A stretch of 64,000 nucleotides of DNA, from NCBI GenBank assembly GCA_963804165.1, contig CAWDPO010000036.1, forward strand, positions 32,001-96,000, in the 5' to 3' direction. The notes under the pieces are model-generated. The model had not been told where the DNA came from and searched no databases. It was given only the letters and a program-made list of their open reading frames with translations. Below, piece by piece: positions 1 through 9,158 of the stretch; position 1 is the stretch's first letter, and every line of letters starts with the position of its first letter. A program made the translations under genes and the position numbers. The stretch comes from an uncultured delta proteobacterium. Its GTDB lineage: Bacteria > Desulfobacterota > Binatia > UBA9968.

Positions 1-162
1 TACCAGCGCTTGCGGATTGATCGCCTTGTAGGCTTCAGTCAATTGTTCGCCGCCGCCGCGCCGAAGATGGATTGGACTCTGCTCGTAGCTTAAGCCTTTC
101 ATGTTGAGCGCGATGCGGACGCGATACGAGGCGGAACTGCGGAAGAAGGTATAAAGTTTCAT
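1..162 (-). CDS. maiA: Maleylacetoacetate/maleylpyruvate isomerase (zeta-class GST), N-terminal part; runs off window edge
   Basis: Manual translation from ATG at 162: MKLYTFFRSSASYRVRIALNMKGLSYEQSPIHLRRGGGEQL, typical zeta-GST N-terminus. Confidence 0.9.
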   Translation of the reverse strand, partial: MKLYTFFRSSASYRVRIALNMKGLSYEQSPIHLRRGGGEQLTEAYKAINPQALV

Positions 163-283
163 GATAAGAAACCTCTGCGAATCTCTTCAACGGTGTTCCG
201 GCGGAGAATAAACCGTCAGGCGAGCATAATTCACGGTGAGGGACTAACGGTGTGTTGAAGTGCCTTGCCGCAGTGTCCCAGAG

Positions 284-1252
284 CTACGCTGCCAATTCCA
301 CCGACGTGACGAAAGGCAATCCGCTCACGACTTCGCGGACGCCGGCGTCGTCGATCAGCAGCAACGAGCCGTCGGAAGTGCCCGCCACCATGCCGTTGCC
401 TTCGGGAGCGGGGCACATGTGCATGACGCCGCCTTTCAGGTTGTCGGTGATTTTCTCCCAGGTTGCGCCCTTATCGCCGCTGCGAAAGATCGCCGCGATC
501 GCGCCTTCGTCACGCAGCCATAGATTCGGCCGTCCTTTTGCGGCGCCAAGATAAACAACCCCTCTTTCGTCCTCGGCGACGCAGATGCCGTAATCGTGGC
601 TGGTCGTTGAGTTGTTTTCCCAGTGGGCTGCACGATCCAAACTGCGGAACGAAGCTTCGCCGCACGCCGCATAAACCATCCCTGGATTTGCTTCGCTGGG
701 GAGCACCTCGTGCACGTCCATATCGGTCAGTCCTTCGTTCGCCGGCTGCCAGCTGTAACCGCTATCGTCGCTGATCAGCATGCCGCCCACTTCGATGCCG
801 GCATAGAGCCGCGCCGGGGCCACCGGATCATAGGCAAGATAACGCGCACGCGATTGTAGCTCAGGACTCGGCGGAAAATTCGCTCCCGCGCTGTTTTTGC
901 GCACGCCTTCGAGTTCTTCCCAGCCGCCGTTCTTGCTGCGATAAACCGCTGAAGGAATCGTTCCCACCATGACGCCGCCATTGAGCGCCAGCGCCGAGAA
1001 GAGCATCATCCTTGGAGTATTCGGCTCCGACCGCTTCCAATCCTTTCCCGCATTTTCCGTATAGAATAGCCCGGAGTGCTCGCTACCGGCATAGATCTTT
1101 TGGGGATTGTCCGGATCGATGGACATGCAGGTCAGGGTCCAATAGGTCAAATCGCGCTTGGTTTGCCGAAATGCTTTGCCGTCTTGCTCGAAGCGATACC
1201 ATCCGGAAAAGGTGGCGACGTGGAGGGCTTTCTTGCCGTTTGATCCAGCCAT
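284..1252 (-). CDS. BNR/Asp-box repeat beta-propeller protein
   Basis: Repeated SxDxGxxW motifs (SDDSGYSW, SLDRAAHW, SGDKGATW); AGGAG RBS upstream. Confidence 0.8.
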   Translation of the reverse strand: MAGSNGKKALHVATFSGWYRFEQDGKAFRQTKRDLTYWTLTCMSIDPDNPQKIYAGSEHSGLFYTENAGKDWKRSEPNTPRMMLFSALALNGGVMVGTIPSAVYRSKNGGWEELEGVRKNSAGANFPPSPELQSRARYLAYDPVAPARLYAGIEVGGMLISDDSGYSWQPANEGLTDMDVHEVLPSEANPGMVYAACGEASFRSLDRAAHWENNSTTSHDYGICVAEDERGVVYLGAAKGRPNLWLRDEGAIAAIFRSGDKGATWEKITDNLKGGVMHMCPAPEGNGMVAGTSDGSLLLIDDAGVREVVSGLPFVTSVELAA

Positions 1253-1338
1253 AGTAATCTCCTTTGACGATTTACCGCGAGAATTTATGTTTCTTTTAAC
1301 TCCTTCTGGGTGATTTTCGCAAACGGGGGGACAGCAGA

Positions 1339-1737
1339 TTAAGCTTTGGCCCTGAGCTCGAACTGAACCTGTTGAATCGCCTCTTCAAGCCAAAGGTGAA
1401 AACGTTTGGCGGCAGGTGCGTCGCCAAACTCGCGTGACCTCGCCTGCAAGAGGATATCAAGCGTCGTTGCCCTCGCGAATGTGACGAGACCATCCAGAGC
1501 CTCCTGCCAAACTTCTTCTGCCTCATCGTTCAGAGCTTCAGCCAAAATGGGTATGACAGCGTCCTCGCGGCGTTCCCAGGCGGCTTTGATTAAAAAAGCC
1601 CGAACATCGGGCTGCGGTTCACCGCGGAAGACGTCGATGATCGCCGGCAACACCTCGCCCGTCATCTCGATCAGCCTAAAGAATGCGGTCTCCGTATCGC
1701 CGCGGCGAAATTGTTCGACCGCGGCTCTGACTTCCAT
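1339..1737 (-). CDS. Small HEAT-repeat-like helical protein
   Basis: LAEALNDEAEEVWQEALDGL HEAT-like segment; co-oriented with neighbours. Confidence 0.6.
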   Translation of the reverse strand: MEVRAAVEQFRRGDTETAFFRLIEMTGEVLPAIIDVFRGEPQPDVRAFLIKAAWERREDAVIPILAEALNDEAEEVWQEALDGLVTFARATTLDILLQARSREFGDAPAAKRFHLWLEEAIQQVQFELRAKA

Positions 1738-1749
1738 TTGCATCGACGT

Positions 1750-2382
1750 TCAGCGAGCCAAGATATCGATCAGCTCTTTCGAGTCGACGATTTCGGCGAA
1801 ACGCTCCATGCGCGTGAGTGCGGCGTTGTGGCCTTCCTCGGTGTAGGTGCCGACGCAGTCGCGCGGGATAACCATGAAGTAGCTGCGGTTGAAACCTTCG
1901 CGCACCGTCGCTTCGACACCGCCGTCGGTGGTGCAACCGATCATCACGATGGTGGTGATGCCGAGATTGCTCATGATCGTTTCGAACTCATTGCCGATAA
2001 ACATCGTCGGACGGCGCTTGTCGATCACCGTATCTTCGGGTCGCGGTTTAAATGGCTCCATAATATTCCAACCAAAGCTGCCGTGTAGGCGGCGCGGCTT
2101 GAGTTTGCTCGGATGATCGACCTTTTGATCTTTCATGCCGCGACGGATCCAGACCGCCGCTTCGTCCTTCCATAGAAAAGGCGTCTGCCGCGTGTACACG
2201 ATTTTTATCTGTGCCTTTGCAGCCGCATCGATCAGCGGCGGAGCATTGCGAATCAAAGCGTCTTTGTTAAACGAGCCGCCGGCTTGGTCGTTTTGCATGT
2301 CCCAGACTAAAAGCACGGTGCGCTTGGGATCGACGATGTCACTTAGTTCATTCGGTATCTGTCTGCTTTCGAATTCGAGCAT
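1750..2382 (-). CDS. Isochorismatase/cysteine hydrolase family protein
   Basis: LLVWDMQND, IDKRRPTMF, GCTTDGGVEATVRE; the usual catalytic Cys position reads G. Confidence 0.85.
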   Translation of the reverse strand: MLEFESRQIPNELSDIVDPKRTVLLVWDMQNDQAGGSFNKDALIRNAPPLIDAAAKAQIKIVYTRQTPFLWKDEAAVWIRRGMKDQKVDHPSKLKPRRLHGSFGWNIMEPFKPRPEDTVIDKRRPTMFIGNEFETIMSNLGITTIVMIGCTTDGGVEATVREGFNRSYFMVIPRDCVGTYTEEGHNAALTRMERFAEIVDSKELIDILAR

Positions 2383-2396
2383 TTTCCCTCCCTATA

Positions 2397-3398
2397 TTAT
2401 CGGACCAATCCAAGATCCTTACGCACCCGGTCGAGAAAGCTAAAGTCGACCACTTGCTCCACGCTGACCGGCCGCGCAACTTTTGCGTTGGTGCGCATGA
2501 GTTCGATCAAATACTGGACTTCCTCGTTCGTCACCCGCGCTTCCTTCGTGACGACGCGCAGCGAATAGCCGAGCATTTGCTCGGCCAGCTTGCTGTCGCT
2601 GACTTTGTGCTGCTTCATGATGATCTGCACGACCTCGTCGCGGTTCTTGGGCTCGGACAGGAACAGCAAGCCGCGCAGCGATGCGCGCACCATGCGATAG
2701 ATCTCATCCGGGTTTTCGCGAATTTTGCGTTCGGTGGCGCCGAACCCGTTTTGTGGAAATTGCGCGATGTCGCCCATGAACGTCAGCTCGTTGTATCCCT
2801 TCGCCTTGGCGAAAATCACCGCCGGCACCGGGAGCACCGTCGCATCCACCACGCCGCTCTCCATGGCGGCAAAACGACTCGAAGTCGAACCTCCCATGGG
2901 AAGCACTCCAGCATCCTTTTCCGGATCAAGACCGTAGTGCCGCAGGACTTCCTTCGCGAGAATCGTCGCCGTGCCACCCGGCGAACTGCCCGCGATCTTC
3001 TTTCCTTTGAGATCGCGCGGATCTTTAATCTCCTTGCGGCTGACTAAAAAGAGCAGCGGCTTGCCGACAGTGACAATTAAGAGTTTCATCGGGCTGCCCT
3101 GAACAGCGGCGCCGACTACGCCGGTGACTGCGCCATTAATTTCGATCTGGCCGGTCAAGGCCGCCGAGTTGACGACGTTGGTCGGCATCAGGACGATCTC
3201 AAGATCGATACCTTCGTCTTTGTAATAGCCTTTGTGATACGCAACTTGGAGCGGCAGGTAACCCACGTGCGTTTCGGATACGCCGATGCGGACTTTTTTC
3301 GGGTTGGTTTGGGCCTCGGCTGAAGGAGAGCCGGTAACGAGGGCCGCAATGATCGTGAGAGAGAAGACCACGGCTTTTAAGTCGACGCGAAATTTCAT
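2397..3398 (-). CDS. ABC substrate-binding protein, SsuA/NMT1/THI5 family
   Basis: Signal peptide, KGYYKDEGIDLE, DLKGKKIAGSSPGG, C-terminal VDFSFL. Confidence 0.85.
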   Translation of the reverse strand: MKFRVDLKAVVFSLTIIAALVTGSPSAEAQTNPKKVRIGVSETHVGYLPLQVAYHKGYYKDEGIDLEIVLMPTNVVNSAALTGQIEINGAVTGVVGAAVQGSPMKLLIVTVGKPLLFLVSRKEIKDPRDLKGKKIAGSSPGGTATILAKEVLRHYGLDPEKDAGVLPMGGSTSSRFAAMESGVVDATVLPVPAVIFAKAKGYNELTFMGDIAQFPQNGFGATERKIRENPDEIYRMVRASLRGLLFLSEPKNRDEVVQIIMKQHKVSDSKLAEQMLGYSLRVVTKEARVTNEEVQYLIELMRTNAKVARPVSVEQVVDFSFLDRVRKDLGLVR

Positions 3399-3430
3399 CG
3401 CTATCTCCTCATGTCTTCGGCGCATTCAGC

Positions 3431-4432
3431 CTATCTTGTGCCGCGCAGTTCTTTGCGCGCTCTGTCGAGGAAACTGAAATCGACGACCTGGGCGGAGCTG
3501 AGGGGCTGCGTAACGTTGGAAGTTTCGCGCGTCAAGTCGATGAAGTACTGCACCGCTTCCGGAGTGACGACAGCGTCTTTGGCCAAACCGCGCTTCAAGT
3601 ATCCCAACATCTCTCCGGCGAGTTTGGTGTCGTCGACGCGCCATTGTTTCATCATGGTGTCGCGCGCCAGATCGCGGGTCGCCTCGTCCGTGACGAACAG
3701 CAAGCCGCGCAAGGTGGCGCGCACCATTTTATAGACTTCTTCGGGCTGCTGTTGGATCCGCGTCACCGACGTGCCAAATCCGTTCTGTGGAAAACTGACC
3801 ACGTCGCCCAGGAAGATCAGCTCGTTATAGCCCTTGTGGAGCGCGATAATATTTTCCGGCACAGACAGCAGCGAGGCGTCCACAACGCCTTGCTCCAACA
3901 CGGCCAGGCGCCCGGCGCCCGAACCCCCCATCGGCAAGACCTGCACGTCTTTCCCCGGTTCGAGACCGAAGTGTTTGAGCGCCTGATAAGCGAGAATCGT
4001 CGCCGAGCCGCCGGGGGAGCTGCCGGCAACCTTCTTGCCTCTGAGATCACGCGGGTCTTTGATCTCCTTGCGACTCATAAAAGACTGCAGCGGCTTTGCG
4101 ACCGTAAAGATCAAAATCTTCGCCGGGTAATTTCTCGCCGCGGCGAGTGCCAAACCCGTGAGCCCAGCGCTGTAGTCGATCTCGCCCTTGAAAAATGCAT
4201 TGTTCGCGGCGGCGAGGGACATCAGGATGATCTCGAGATCGATGCCTTCGTCGCGATAGAAACCACGATGGTAGGCGGCGTAAATGGGCAGAAAGCCGAC
4301 GCTGGTTGCGGCGATGCCCAGACGAACCTTTTTAAGATTGGACTGTGCGTCAGTGTTTGACGGCGTGAGCGCCGCATAAAAAAGTGCAAAGTAACAAATC
4401 AATGCTCGTGCGCGGTAACTACATTGAGGCAT
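3431..4432 (-). CDS. ABC substrate-binding protein, SsuA/NMT1/THI5 family (tandem paralogue of previous gene)
   Basis: Shares SRKEIKDPRDL.GKK.AGSSPGG.ATILA and FPQNGFG with 2397-3398. Confidence 0.85.
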   Translation of the reverse strand: MPQCSYRARALICYFALFYAALTPSNTDAQSNLKKVRLGIAATSVGFLPIYAAYHRGFYRDEGIDLEIILMSLAAANNAFFKGEIDYSAGLTGLALAAARNYPAKILIFTVAKPLQSFMSRKEIKDPRDLRGKKVAGSSPGGSATILAYQALKHFGLEPGKDVQVLPMGGSGAGRLAVLEQGVVDASLLSVPENIIALHKGYNELIFLGDVVSFPQNGFGTSVTRIQQQPEEVYKMVRATLRGLLFVTDEATRDLARDTMMKQWRVDDTKLAGEMLGYLKRGLAKDAVVTPEAVQYFIDLTRETSNVTQPLSSAQVVDFSFLDRARKELRGTR

Positions 4433-4479
4433 GGGCTCGCCAGCGCCTTACTTCTTTTCCCTCGCGAGACCGGCCCTCG

Positions 4480-4563
4480 ATGTCATTCTGAGCCGGAGGC
4501 GAAGAATCTCGGCTTCGTCACTATCTGAAAACACAGGATGCTTCGCGTTGCGCAGCATGACAT
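4480..4563. repeat. REP-like palindrome, GTCATyCTGAG..GAAGrATCT family (uninterrupted copy)
   Basis: ATGTCATTCTGAG..CGAAGAATCT / GATGCTTCG..CGCAGCATGACAT; related copies at 6330, 13640 and 41797. Confidence 0.8.
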
Positions 4564-4644
4564 TCATGTGATCGTCGCGATTCGACATAGTGCGGTTAGA
4601 GGAGCAAATAAGTGCTTGCTGGCCAATTCTTCATTGGCAATGTG

Positions 4645-5820
4645 CTACCTCGCGTGGTGACCGTACAGATAGTGCTGCCGTAAGAGATCCTTTCCGTAGT
4701 CGTTGCCGTTGGGCGTGCGCACGATGACATGGATATGATCTTTGTACGGCTTGGTCTTTTCGCGGAAAGCGATGCCGCGCTGGTGGTCGAACTCGACGAT
4801 GATCACAGGGCTTTGGACCCGGTAGTAGAACGTACTGTCGTCCGCCATGCCGCCCATCCAGCAAAAATAAGTGTTCTTGAGATGCTGCTTCACTTCTTCC
4901 ATCTTCAGTTGGGCATGCCCGCTGCGCATGCGCGCGACGTGGTATGCGACGAGATCGAGCAGGAGGTCGTGTTGCTGGCTGGACAATTCACCGTAGCGGA
5001 TACCGCTGTAGTCGAGCACCAGGTTGTCGCGGAAAGCCGTGGTAAAATCCTGGCCCGCGGTCTCCGGAGCGATGACCGTCTTGGCGCGCTGCGCGTCCGA
5101 AAGGGTGCGCGCCAAGGCGCGGCCACGATCTTCGTCGTCTTTGAAAATTTTCAAGCCGGCGTACTTTCCCGTTGTGGCGTGCACAGGTTCCGCGCCGAGA
5201 AATGTCGGCGTGACGACGACCTGATCGCCGAGCACGAAATAATTGATGATCAGATGGTGGCCATCCCATTGCCAGCCCCACGGTGCCGTCGCCGAAGGAT
5301 TGCCCATGATACTCAGCCAGTAGAGGTCCTCGCCGTATTCACTAAGCCTGCCGGTCATTTCCAGCACCGTCTCGTTCAGGTGCATGATATTGAGGGCTTC
5401 TTCGAAACCGTCCCGGCTCAAGCTCTCACGCAGCAGCGCGAAAGCATGGTCGCGTTGAATGTCATTCATCTCGAACAGCGGCGTGCCATGGCGCATGAGA
5501 GTCGGATGAATGTTACTCCACTTGCGCCATTGGTCGGTATCAATAGGAAAAAGTGTTTTGGCGCGCTGCTCAGAATTCAGCGATCCCAGGAATGCCTCTG
5601 CAGCTTCTCGAATCGTCTGCGTCGAAGCGCCGGTTTTTTGAATCCCGTACAAACCGGGAATGACCATGCCGTCGCTGGTGATGCCCTTGAAAGGCTCGGC
5701 CGCAGCCACGAGAGATTTCTCCACATAGTCTGGTCCTCCGCCTTTGGTGTGGAGCGGTCGATTGGGACCGCGCTCGGTGCACGTTTCGGACAAGCCGCGT
5801 GTGCGTGGATCGCTGCTCAT
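4645..5820 (-). CDS. DUF3500 family protein
   Basis: WGWQWDGHHL, FYYRVQSP, HIHVIVRTPNGNDYG motifs. Confidence 0.85.
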   Translation of the reverse strand: MSSDPRTRGLSETCTERGPNRPLHTKGGGPDYVEKSLVAAAEPFKGITSDGMVIPGLYGIQKTGASTQTIREAAEAFLGSLNSEQRAKTLFPIDTDQWRKWSNIHPTLMRHGTPLFEMNDIQRDHAFALLRESLSRDGFEEALNIMHLNETVLEMTGRLSEYGEDLYWLSIMGNPSATAPWGWQWDGHHLIINYFVLGDQVVVTPTFLGAEPVHATTGKYAGLKIFKDDEDRGRALARTLSDAQRAKTVIAPETAGQDFTTAFRDNLVLDYSGIRYGELSSQQHDLLLDLVAYHVARMRSGHAQLKMEEVKQHLKNTYFCWMGGMADDSTFYYRVQSPVIIVEFDHQRGIAFREKTKPYKDHIHVIVRTPNGNDYGKDLLRQHYLYGHHAR

Positions 5821-5901
5821 AGCTTTGATTCTCCTCGTGCCTTTTCGGTGCGTATCCGGAGTTCTTCTTAGTGCCGGAGCGGAACGGAAGTCAAGAATAG
5901 A

Positions 5902-6111
5902 TTAGCGGGCGGGGCCGGTTGACTCGTACTCTTCGAGCGCGCCGGGAGCCGGGCAGAAAGGCAAACAGTCGCCGCAGCCGGTGCATTCCTGCTCCAGCAC
6001 TTCGTACATGTGATGGATGTCCTGCATCTTCGGGTGGACAGCGTGCTCGGGGCAGACTTCGCGGCAGAGGCCGCAGGCGATGCAGAGGCTTTCGACGATT
6101 CTGACTTTCAT
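5902..6111 (-). CDS. 2[4Fe-4S] ferredoxin
   Basis: Two CxxCxxCxxxCP motifs (CIACGLCREVCP, CTGCGDCLPFCP). Confidence 0.9.
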   Translation of the reverse strand: MKVRIVESLCIACGLCREVCPEHAVHPKMQDIHHMYEVLEQECTGCGDCLPFCPAPGALEEYESTGPAR

Positions 6112-6314
6112 GGTTGGTTGAGTGGAGAGTTCATGCCTCGATAAGGTTAGCACGAACGGAAAAAATCATTCGCAAAATAATCCGTTCACGCCGAGCTTGT
6201 CGAAGCGTTCTTCCTATTTCGATCCGCCTCTGCCTGAGCAGTTGATCGGCTAGTGACTTGCCGTGAATTTCCGCAGTTTGAATCATCAATCGTTTAATTC
6301 TGTGATTTCACTCC

Positions 6315-6404
6315 GAGACTGTGTCGCAATGTCATCCTGAGGCGACAGCCGAAGGATCTCGCTTTCGCAAGTCGCTGCAAAGACGAGATGCTTCGCATTG
6401 CTCA
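6315..6404. repeat. Left part of composite REP/MITE-like repeat, interrupted by the IS1111-type element
   Basis: GAGACTGTGTCGCAA + TGTCATCCTGAG..CGAAGGATCTCG..CGAGATGCTTCGCATTGCTCA; continues at 7721. Confidence 0.85.
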
Positions 6405-6609
6405 TCTATGAAAGCTTTGTCAAGGTGGCTGATATTCACATATCGATATTCCGTCAAAGGTTTTGAACAAACTTACTCATATCGTCCGTAGTCCTGCGCA
6501 CCCGATGTTATCGGACTCATCTATTCGCCGTCTAAAGCGGCAGAGGAAAATGCCACAGGGCTGTCGCAATCAGCATTCGAGCCTTGTTTGGCTCATGAGC
6601 GAAACGCGC
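6405..6609 (-). ncRNA. Putative bridge RNA/seekRNA in the 3' non-coding end of the IS
   Basis: Guide-hairpin-guide layout UUUCGCUCA-[GAGCC..GGCUC]-AUGCUGA matching the target flanks; second hairpin followed by AUAGAUGA matching the donor end; exact RNA ends unknown. Confidence 0.7.
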
Positions 6610-7650
6610 TTAGCCCCGCGTGGACGACATCGGTTCCCGATAGGACTCTCCCTTCTTAAGCATCCAGAAAGCCGCCTCGGCCAAGTGTCGGGCGACCGCC
6701 ACAATCGCTTTGCCATGACCGCGCCTGGCTTTGACGTTTTCATACAGCCGGCTGATATGTCGGTACTGGCAGCGCTCGCGGTTGAGCACCGCGCTGTTGG
6801 CCGCCTCGACGAAGGCCCACTTGAGATACAGGTTCACATCTTTGCGCACCCGCCCGTAGCGGATCTTGCCGCCACTGGAGTTCTCTCGCGGTACCAGTCC
6901 CGCATAGCTCGCCAACTGTTCGGCTCGGCCAAAGCGTTCGATGGTGCCGATCTCAGTCCAAATCACCACCGCCAGCATTTCACCGACCCCCGGCTCACTC
7001 TTCAAGTAGGTCGTCTGGGGGCAGGGAGCAAACGCTGCTTGCATCTTTGCTTCGATGACCTTGAGATTGGCTTGTACATGATCGAGTTCGTCAAGCATCA
7101 ACTTCAGCGCTTCGCCGGTATGAGGGGGCAGTTTAGCCAGCAGTCCTTCGAGGATCTGTCGTCCCTGCTTGCCAAAGGCGTCGCTGATTCCGTCCACCTT
7201 AAAGCCGTACTTACTTATAGTGGCGTGAATCCGATTCTTGAGTTGGGTGCGTTGATTGCTCAACACCATGCGGGTGCGCGGCAACTCCCGAGCGTCGCGC
7301 ACCGCGGACGGGGGAATCCAGACCGTCGGCAGGGTTCCTGCCCTCTGCAAACGGTTCATTCCTTTGGCATCCAACTTATCGCTCTTGTTGACGCTGCCGA
7401 TCATCAGCTTGGCCAAGCGTGCATTGACCAGTTGCGGACTCCCTTTTCCAGCTTCGATCTCATCGACTACCCAGTACCAGTTCCCAACCGTCTCCACCGC
7501 CACGGGAGTTCCGGGATTCCACTTCTTGGTAAAGTTCTCGATGGTTCCACCAACGTGCGCGAGTTTGCACTCATAGAGCTTATCGCCCTTGTCGTTTTCC
7601 ACTCGCGCCCAGCTGTAGTGCTTGTGAACATCCAATGCAATGTATTCCAT
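6610..7650 (-). CDS. IS110-family DEDD recombinase/transposase
   Basis: IALDVHK, VAVE, KSDKLDA (RuvC-like DEDD domain); C-terminal YAGLVPRENSSGG; GGAGG RBS. Confidence 0.95.
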   Translation of the reverse strand: MEYIALDVHKHYSWARVENDKGDKLYECKLAHVGGTIENFTKKWNPGTPVAVETVGNWYWVVDEIEAGKGSPQLVNARLAKLMIGSVNKSDKLDAKGMNRLQRAGTLPTVWIPPSAVRDARELPRTRMVLSNQRTQLKNRIHATISKYGFKVDGISDAFGKQGRQILEGLLAKLPPHTGEALKLMLDELDHVQANLKVIEAKMQAAFAPCPQTTYLKSEPGVGEMLAVVIWTEIGTIERFGRAEQLASYAGLVPRENSSGGKIRYGRVRKDVNLYLKWAFVEAANSAVLNRERCQYRHISRLYENVKARRGHGKAIVAVARHLAEAAFWMLKKGESYREPMSSTRG

Positions 7651-7720
7651 TTGCGATTTCCTCCTTCACCCGCCAGTCTAGTCACTGACGCTGTGGATTC
7701 CATCGCTTTCATATTAATCA

Positions 7721-7757
7721 GCATGACACTAATGGTCGCTCGTTGGTTGCGGCACAG
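7721..7757. repeat. Right part of the interrupted composite repeat
   Basis: GCATGACA completes the CTCAGCATGACA arm; TTGCGGCACAG pairs with CTGTGTCGCAA at 6319-6329. Confidence 0.85.
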
Positions 7758-7830
7758 AAGGGGAGAAGGTCGGAGCAATCCGTACGATCAAATTCTCGCA
7801 CTGTGGCCAACCTTTGCCTTTCCTCGTCAC

Positions 7831-8949
7831 TCAGCTCGCCGCCAAAAGTCGCTCGTGGCCCTTCTTCGAAATCGGCGCGAGTTGGGATGTGACCAACGAC
7901 CAGTTTTCGCCGTTATCCTCGCTGCAGTATACCTCGCCGCCGGTGGTGCCGCCGAAAATGGAGCAGTTACCGTTCGATTCTTCAAGACAGAGCGCGCCGA
8001 ACTCATGTTTCAAACTCTCCGGCAATCCGCCGCCAAGCCGTTGCCAGTTTTTTCCGCCATCTTTGCTGCGGTAGATTTTCCCTTCCGCGCGCGCCGCCAG
8101 ACCGGCCTTTCGCCACGTCGTCGGGTTGTGCTCCGCGGCGGCGACGAACATGAGATCGGGATTTTTCGGATTCCACGTGAACCCGTCGGGATAAACGTCC
8201 GCCGCCCAATCCGGGCTCATCCAGCGTTCCCAACTGCCGCCACCGGTATTGGTGACGTACAGTCCTGCGCCGCCCGTGACATAGATTCTTTGCGGATCGC
8301 GAGGATCGATCAAACAGCGGTGCACATCGTAGAAATGTTCGACGGGACGATTTTTATCCGTGAGCAACCCAACCGTATTCAACTCCGTCCAACTCTCTCC
8401 CTCATCGGTGCTTTTCAAAAACGCACCTTGCTCGATGCAAGCATAGATGGTTTTCGAATCTTTGGGATCGAAGGTGATGAATTTCGTGTGTGCCACGTGC
8501 GGCGCCGCTGGAAAAGTCCATTGGGAAACCGTCGGCACGGAGCGGAGCGACGGGATTTCATTCCAATGCAGCCCCAAGTCTTCACTGACGAATAAGTGGG
8601 CCGGCTGGGTGCCGGCGTACACGCGGACTTTGCCGTTGACGACGTTGGACGCCAAGCTGTAAACGTCGTGGATCGGGATGCCGTTGTCGCGGCGTTCCCA
8701 AGTTTTGCCGCCGTCGGTGCTCGCGTGAACAGAGCCGAAAAATGCGCCGGCGAACATGGTGCCGCTCGTGCGCTCGAAGATGATTGCGCTGATATGCTGG
8801 CCGCGCAGCGCGCGCTGGGCTTCACGCCACCTGCCGTTAGTTTCACGCTCGAAGAGCGCCAACCCGTCTTGGGTTCCGACCCAGAGTTGCTGCGACCGTT
8901 CGCTTGACGAGTAAACGTTTGTGCCGCCATGAGAAAGTCCGACCGCCAT
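7831..8949 (-). CDS. BNR/Asp-box repeat beta-propeller protein
   Basis: STDGGKTW, SEDLGLHW, STDEGESW, SKDGGKNW, SEDNGENW; GGAGGT RBS. Confidence 0.85.
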   Translation of the reverse strand: MAVGLSHGGTNVYSSSERSQQLWVGTQDGLALFERETNGRWREAQRALRGQHISAIIFERTSGTMFAGAFFGSVHASTDGGKTWERRDNGIPIHDVYSLASNVVNGKVRVYAGTQPAHLFVSEDLGLHWNEIPSLRSVPTVSQWTFPAAPHVAHTKFITFDPKDSKTIYACIEQGAFLKSTDEGESWTELNTVGLLTDKNRPVEHFYDVHRCLIDPRDPQRIYVTGGAGLYVTNTGGGSWERWMSPDWAADVYPDGFTWNPKNPDLMFVAAAEHNPTTWRKAGLAARAEGKIYRSKDGGKNWQRLGGGLPESLKHEFGALCLEESNGNCSIFGGTTGGEVYCSEDNGENWSLVTSQLAPISKKGHERLLAAS

Positions 8950-9158
8950 AAATCACCTCCGGCTAAGGATTGAGTGTCTTTTTGAGCAAGACTTGCTCGA
9001 ACAGTTTGCACTGTATCAACCGCGCTTCTTCGCCGTCAATGGGTTGTTTTGCGCTGGTCGTGCCGGAGGCCAATCGAATTATGTGAGCGATTTAAATCTG
9101 ACCTTCCGGGTGCCACAGGACTGGGCGCAACCCTATGCAGACGCCGACTCATGCCTGG

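Larger units (their letters stand above)
6405..7720 (-). mobile_element. IS110-family insertion sequence, IS1111-type (1316 bp counting one TCA core)
   Basis: TCA at both junctions (6402-6404, 7718-7720); sub-terminal IRs TATGAAAGC 6407-6415 and GCTTTCATA 7705-7713; removing it restores the REP palindrome; short 5' and long 3' non-coding ends. Confidence 0.92.

Noticed and set aside
6463-8595. 710-aa plus-strand ORF
   Set aside because: Antisense shadow of the IS110 recombinase and the BNR gene; it crosses the IS boundary and has no recognisable motifs
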